DNA of 63,987 bases, counting the filler, from Sandaracinaceae bacterium (GTDB lineage Bacteria > Myxococcota_A > Polyangia > Polyangiales > JADJQN01): the NCBI GenBank assembly GCA_947483975.1. It is 8 parts of 8 records of this genome, joined end to end, with 100 filler letters (N's around TTAATTAATTAA, not from the genome) between each part and the next. Parts side by side here need not be neighbours in the genome. Positions count along the whole stretch, not along the records: positions 59,344 to 63,987 come from CANKOL010000404.1; 7 more parts are not named here. One strand, 5' to 3'. The notes under the pieces were generated by a model. It did no database searches, was not told the origin of the DNA, and saw nothing but the letters and a program-made list of their open reading frames with translations. Below are positions 59,990-63,987 of this stretch, piece by piece; position 1 is the stretch's first letter, and every line of letters begins with the position of its first letter. Both the position numbers and the translations under genes were made by a program.

Positions 59990-61799
59990 GGCCAATCCTC
60001 CGCGCGCTGCCAGGCTTGCCGGGCTTCTTGCCAGCATCGCCCGCCTTGAATCCGCTCGCGCCTGCCGCCTCGGGCGGCGCGACGTCTGCATTTGCCACCG
60101 CTGCGGCTCCCGCCGCCCCCGTGGCCTTGACGAGACGATACTCGATGTATCTCTGCTGCGCGATACCGAGCGCAGAGTTCGTGAACATGTAGAGCGTCAG
60201 GCCCTGCGGCAGGAAGAGCATGAACGCCGTGATCATGATCGGCATCATCCACTGCATGATCTTCGCCTGCGCGGGATCCATCGTCGTCGGCGTCATCCGC
60301 TGCTGCACCCACATCAGGACGCCGAGCATCAGCGGCATGATGAAGTACGGGTCCGGCGAGGAGAGGTCCTTCAGCCAGAACGCGAACGGCATGTGGAAGA
60401 GCGCGATGTTCGTCGAGAGCGACGTGTAGAGCGCCCACCACACGGGGAGCTGCGCCATCGTCGGTAGGCAGCCCGCGACCGGGTTCACGCCGTTGCGACG
60501 ATAGAGCTCCATCGTCGCGGCGCCCTTCTTCTCCTTGTCGTCGCCGTACTGCTCGGTGAGCTTGTCGAGCTGCGGCTTGAGCGCGCGCATCTTCGCCATG
60601 CTGCGCAGCTGCGCGAGCGTCAGCGGGAAGAGCACGGCCTTGACGCAGACCGTCATCAGGATGATCGCGAGGCCCCAGTTCCCGACGAAGCCGTGCACGA
60701 AGCCGAGGAGCTTCACCATCGCGCGGGCGATGATCGAGAAGAAGCCGAGGTCGACCGAGCTGACGAGCTGGTGCCCGGCGCGCGAGAGGAGGACGCCGTC
60801 CTTCGGGCCGACGTAGGCGAGCGTGCGCACGACCGTCGATGCGCCGGCTGCGAGCTGCTGCCGCGGGTACGCGAGGCGCGCCTCGAAGAGGCTGCCGAGC
60901 GCATCGCCGCTGCCGTCGCGGCCCTTCTCCATCGACACGAGCGTGCAGAACTCCGCCGGGTCGCCGTGCGTCGCGAGGAGGCTCGCGAAGTAGGTGTTCT
61001 CCGTGCCGCTGTACGCCGCGCGGTGATAGGTGTGCCGGGTCAGCAGGTCCTTGCGGGCGAAGCGCTTGGTGCCCGCCTCGCCGACGCAGATGCCCTGGCT
61101 GATCGCGGGCGAGCGCGACGAGAGGAAGTTGGTGCCCTCCTCGGTGCGCGCGACGTAGTGATATGAGTAGAGGCTGGCGCGCACGGGGCGAGTGCCCGCG
61201 CTCGTGTTCGTCACGCGCAGCGTCGACCAGAGCTGGAAGGGGCCTGTGCCGGCTTCGAGCTTGCGCACGACCGAGAAGCCGTCGCCGGTCCACGAGAAGC
61301 GCACGGACGTCGGCGAGAGCTGCTCGACGTTCCAGACGGCGTCCTCGGGGATCGACACGCCGCCGAGGTCGAGCCGGAGCGGGAAGTAGCGCTCCTGCGT
61401 CGTCGAGACGAGGTCCATCGGCAGGACGTGCTTGACGCCGTCGCGCCCGGTGACCGTGCGCGTGAAGCGCTCGCCCTTCAGCTCGTAGTGCACGAGCGCG
61501 GCGTTGAGGTTCGTGAAGGTCGCGCGGAACTGGGGGGTGTCGATCGTCGCGGTGCGCTGCGTGTCGAGGCGCTCTTGGCGCTGCGCTTCCGTCAGCTCTG
61601 GCGGCGCGCCGAGGGCGCCCGGCGTCGGACCGTGGGGCGTCGGGCCGCTCGGCGTCGGGCCGCCGTGACCCGCGTTGGCGACGGGCGCGTGCGGCGTCGG
61701 CTGCTGCGGCTTCGGCGGGAAGAAGACGTACCAGCCGAGGAGCGCCGCGCCGGCGACGATCGAGATGATGAGGAGAGACCGCTTTTGACTGTCGTCCAT
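59982..61799 (-). CDS. yidC: membrane protein insertase YidC
   Basis: NWGLAII, GVNP.AGCLP, WLKDLS.PDPY, GLTLY. Confidence 0.97.
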   Translation of the reverse strand: MDDSQKRSLLIISIVAGAALLGWYVFFPPKPQQPTPHAPVANAGHGGPTPSGPTPHGPTPGALGAPPELTEAQRQERLDTQRTATIDTPQFRATFTNLNAALVHYELKGERFTRTVTGRDGVKHVLPMDLVSTTQERYFPLRLDLGGVSIPEDAVWNVEQLSPTSVRFSWTGDGFSVVRKLEAGTGPFQLWSTLRVTNTSAGTRPVRASLYSYHYVARTEEGTNFLSSRSPAISQGICVGEAGTKRFARKDLLTRHTYHRAAYSGTENTYFASLLATHGDPAEFCTLVSMEKGRDGSGDALGSLFEARLAYPRQQLAAGASTVVRTLAYVGPKDGVLLSRAGHQLVSSVDLGFFSIIARAMVKLLGFVHGFVGNWGLAIILMTVCVKAVLFPLTLAQLRSMAKMRALKPQLDKLTEQYGDDKEKKGAATMELYRRNGVNPVAGCLPTMAQLPVWWALYTSLSTNIALFHMPFAFWLKDLSSPDPYFIMPLMLGVLMWVQQRMTPTTMDPAQAKIMQWMMPIMITAFMLFLPQGLTLYMFTNSALGIAQQRYIEYRLVKATGAAGAAAVANADVAPPEAAGASGFKAGDAGKKPGKPGSARRIGRG

Positions 61800-61807
61800 C
61801 GTGAGTC

Positions 61808-62044
61808 TCAGGCGTTCGGGGAGGGGGGCAGCTCAGGCGGTGGGTCGAAGCCGCCTGGGTGAAACGGGTGGCAGCGCCCGATGCGCTTGACGCCGAGCCA
61901 GGTGCCGCGCACGGCGCCGAAGCGCTCGATGCACGCCGCGGTGTAGCGGGAGCACGTGGGATGAAAGCGGCACACTCGGCCGACGATCGGCGAGAGCGTC
62001 CACCAATAAATCTGAATGAGGAAGAGGAGGACGCGCGCGATCAC
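61808..62044 (-). CDS. yidD: membrane protein insertion efficiency factor YidD
   Basis: CRFHPTCSRY, RIGRCHPFHPGGFDP. Confidence 0.96.
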   Translation of the reverse strand: MIARVLLFLIQIYWWTLSPIVGRVCRFHPTCSRYTAACIERFGAVRGTWLGVKRIGRCHPFHPGGFDPPPELPPSPNA

Positions 62045-62556
62045 GCATTTCTCCGTCGCTCATCCGGGCGCGGCGCGGCGCTCCGACCGGCGGCGGCGAG
62101 CTTTTGCGCGACGTAGCGCAGTTCGCCGAGCACGTCCTCGTAGCCGAGCAGCTCCGCGCCCGTCTTGCCGATGACGACGACGTCACAGCCCACGGGAAAG
62201 AGCGCACGCTCGCGGCGAAACACCTCGCGGAGCACGCGCTTGACGCGGTTTCGCGCGACCGCGCGCTGCGCGGTCTTCTTCGTGATGGTGATGCCGAGGC
62301 GCGGCTCCGCCGGGCGCGACGGGCCTGACGAACGCACGGCGGGGTCTCCCTCGCCGAGCGCACGTTGACCACTCGGCGCGCTGGGCTGAGTTCGCGGCAT
62401 CACGATCCACACGTAGTGAGCACTGTGCACACGCCGGCCACGCGCCTGGATGACGCGGTACTCGGCGTGGCGGCGTACGCGGGACTCCCGTGTGAGCCGC
62501 AGGCTGGTGGAGGCCCCTGGGACCTCACCCGCCGGCTCCTCGGGAGCCCTGCGCAT
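62041..62556 (-). CDS. rnpA: ribonuclease P protein component
   Basis: RLGITITKK...AVARNRVKRVLREVFR; between rpmH and yidD. Confidence 0.94.
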   Translation of the reverse strand: MRRAPEEPAGEVPGASTSLRLTRESRVRRHAEYRVIQARGRRVHSAHYVWIVMPRTQPSAPSGQRALGEGDPAVRSSGPSRPAEPRLGITITKKTAQRAVARNRVKRVLREVFRRERALFPVGCDVVVIGKTGAELLGYEDVLGELRYVAQKLAAAGRSAAPRPDERRRNA

Positions 62557-62559
62557 GAC

Positions 62560-62709
62560 TCACTTCTTGTAGGTCGTCACGGTCAGCGAGTGACGGCCCT
62601 TACGACGGCGGGCTGCCAGCACTTTGAGACCGTTCTTCGACTTGCAGCGCGCGCGGAAACCATGGGTGCGCAGACGACGGGTGCGGTGGGGCTGATAAGT
62701 GCGCTTCAC
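62560..62709 (-). CDS. rpmH: 50S ribosomal protein L34
   Basis: GTG start, KRTYQP...R.HGFRAR.....[11 protein letters not shown]. Confidence 0.96.
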   Translation of the reverse strand: MKRTYQPHRTRRLRTHGFRARCKSKNGLKVLAARRRKGRHSLTVTTYKK

Positions 62710-62967
62710 GACTGCATTCTCCGGGGGGCCACGAGCGGTCGGCCGCGCGGGGGGTGCGGAAGAGAGCACGGGCCCTGGGGGGTGTCAAGGGACTGGGGGA
62801 GGCGAGCGCTCCGACGGCAGGGCGAGAATGTGATCGGATGACGCGGGGTTAGGTGCGTCCGAGGCGCAGCGGACGCCTCGCCGGGCGGGCGCTCGAGCGG
62901 AATCCGACTCGCGTCAGCACGTCGCCAAACCGCCGCGCAGAGGACTGTGGTATTCGGACAGGCGGCG

Positions 62968-63987
62968 ATGACGCAGCACGCGAAGGAGATGCTCTTCGAG
63001 CCGCCGCCCGCGCCGGGCGACGACGGGCACTACGAGGGCGTCGCCGGGCTCTTCGCCGGGACGTATGAGGTGCGCGCGCGGCTGGCCTGGAACGGGCTCG
63101 CGCTGGTCTATCGGGTGGGCCTCAGCGCCGCCGCCGACGAGCACGAGGAGCGCGCGCCTGGGCGAGAGCGCGTCGTGGCGCTGTTGCCGATCGACTGCGA
63201 GTCGAAGCCGCACCTCGTGCGGCTCTTTCAGGCGCAGGCGGCGCGACTGACCGGCTACACGGAGGCGCACACGCTCGCGACGCTCGCCGCGGGGGCGCGG
63301 CACGGCGTCACGTATCTGCTGCTGCCGTATGTGGAGGGCACGACGCTCGCGGAGGAGCTTGCGACGCACGGCGCGATGCCGGCGGGGCGCGCGCTCGCGA
63401 TCGCGGACGGCTTGCTCCGAGCGCTGACGACGGCGCACGGACGCGGCCTCCGGCACTGGGATCTGACGCCGAGCAACGTGCTCCTGACCAAGACGGCGAC
63501 CGGCGAGGAGCAGGTGCGCGTCCTCGCGATGGGGCTCGCGCCGATGGTGCGCGCGATGACCGATACGGAGATGACGGGCCCGACGGGCAAGGGCTCGGGG
63601 CCGTCGCCCGCGCGCTATCTGGCGCCGGAGCTGCTGCGCGGCGGGGCGGGCGCCGCGGACGGGCGCGCAGACCTCTACTCGGTCGGGCGGCTGCTCGTCG
63701 CGATGCTCGAGGGCGCCAGACCGGCCAAGGCGAGCGAGGGCGTGCCGGAGCTCCCGGTGAGGGGCTTGGCCGAGGTCGTGCGCAAGGCGACGGCCAAGGA
63801 GCTGTCGGCGCGCTTCGAGAGCGCTGACGAGCTGCGGGCGGCGCTCGAGGCGGTGGCGCGTGGAGACGTCGACGCCGTTGCCCTGCTGACGACGGGCGTG
63901 CTCGGCGCGGGCGGCGAGGCCCGCGAGGCGCTGGCGGTGCCGGAGGCGGCGGTGTTGGGGCAGGTGGCGCTGGTGCAGTCCGCGCGG
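62968..63987 (+). CDS. Ser/Thr kinase-like protein with degenerate catalytic motifs (runs off window end)
   Basis: Manual translation: PYVEGTTL, HWDLTPSNVLL, VLAMGLA, YLAPE, RADLYSVG. Confidence 0.8.
   Translation, partial: MTQHAKEMLFEPPPAPGDDGHYEGVAGLFAGTYEVRARLAWNGLALVYRVGLSAAADEHEERAPGRERVVALLPIDCESKPHLVRLFQAQAARLTGYTEAHTLATLAAGARHGVTYLLLPYVEGTTLAEELATHGAMPAGRALAIADGLLRALTTAHGRGLRHWDLTPSNVLLTKTATGEEQVRVLAMGLAPMVRAMTDTEMTGPTGKGSGPSPARYLAPELLRGGAGAADGRADLYSVGRLLVAMLEGARPAKASEGVPELPVRGLAEVVRKATAKELSARFESADELRAALEAVARGDVDAVALLTTGVLGAGGEAREALAVPEAAVLGQVALVQSAR

Noticed and set aside
62710..62967. oriC upstream of rpmH
   Set aside because: No DnaA boxes, AT-rich unwinding element or dnaA gene

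Overview
High-GC (roughly 70%) bacterial sequence, probably Myxococcota/Polyangia. That call is inferred from the many Ser/Thr kinases, Cys-rich lipoproteins and a signal-peptide-bearing SpvB/RHS protein. The window is eight contigs of about 8.3-8.4 kb (the last cut by the window edge), joined by artificial N-TTAATTAATTAA-N spacers in descending size order, so adjacency across gaps carries no meaning. Main result: contig 4 (25583-33936) holds a complete, apparently functional diversity-generating retroelement (DGR) on the minus strand, ordered target-1(VR1) - avd - TR - RT - target-2(VR2). One template repeat matches the variable regions of two secreted DUF1566/Lcl-type (C-type lectin fold) genes. 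All 15 (VR1) and 16 (VR2) substitutions fall on TR adenines. Unusual features of this DGR: the RT has a C-terminal MutS-domain-I-like extension and an in-frame cluster of three GTRG-footed REP-like palindromes, and both targets are followed by 8-nt-periodic GAC/GTC repeats while only one has a hairpin. A VapBC pair and a frameshifted IS66 with a passenger gene flank it. Other contigs carry: recJ/TRAP(QM)/secF/secD/yajC/TatT; a kinase-STAND/TPR/MoxR/transglutaminase cluster; DTW, MFS-acyltransferase, thioredoxin-like and amidase genes; an Rrf2-ThiF-Ubl(GG-AA)-JAB sulfur-carrier operon with a possibly split E1; a TcB-TcC-like RHS toxin; a Pho-box-marked porin-pstSCAB operon with a small downstream ORF; and rpmH-rnpA-yidD-yidC-jag with a pseudokinase divergent from rpmH.
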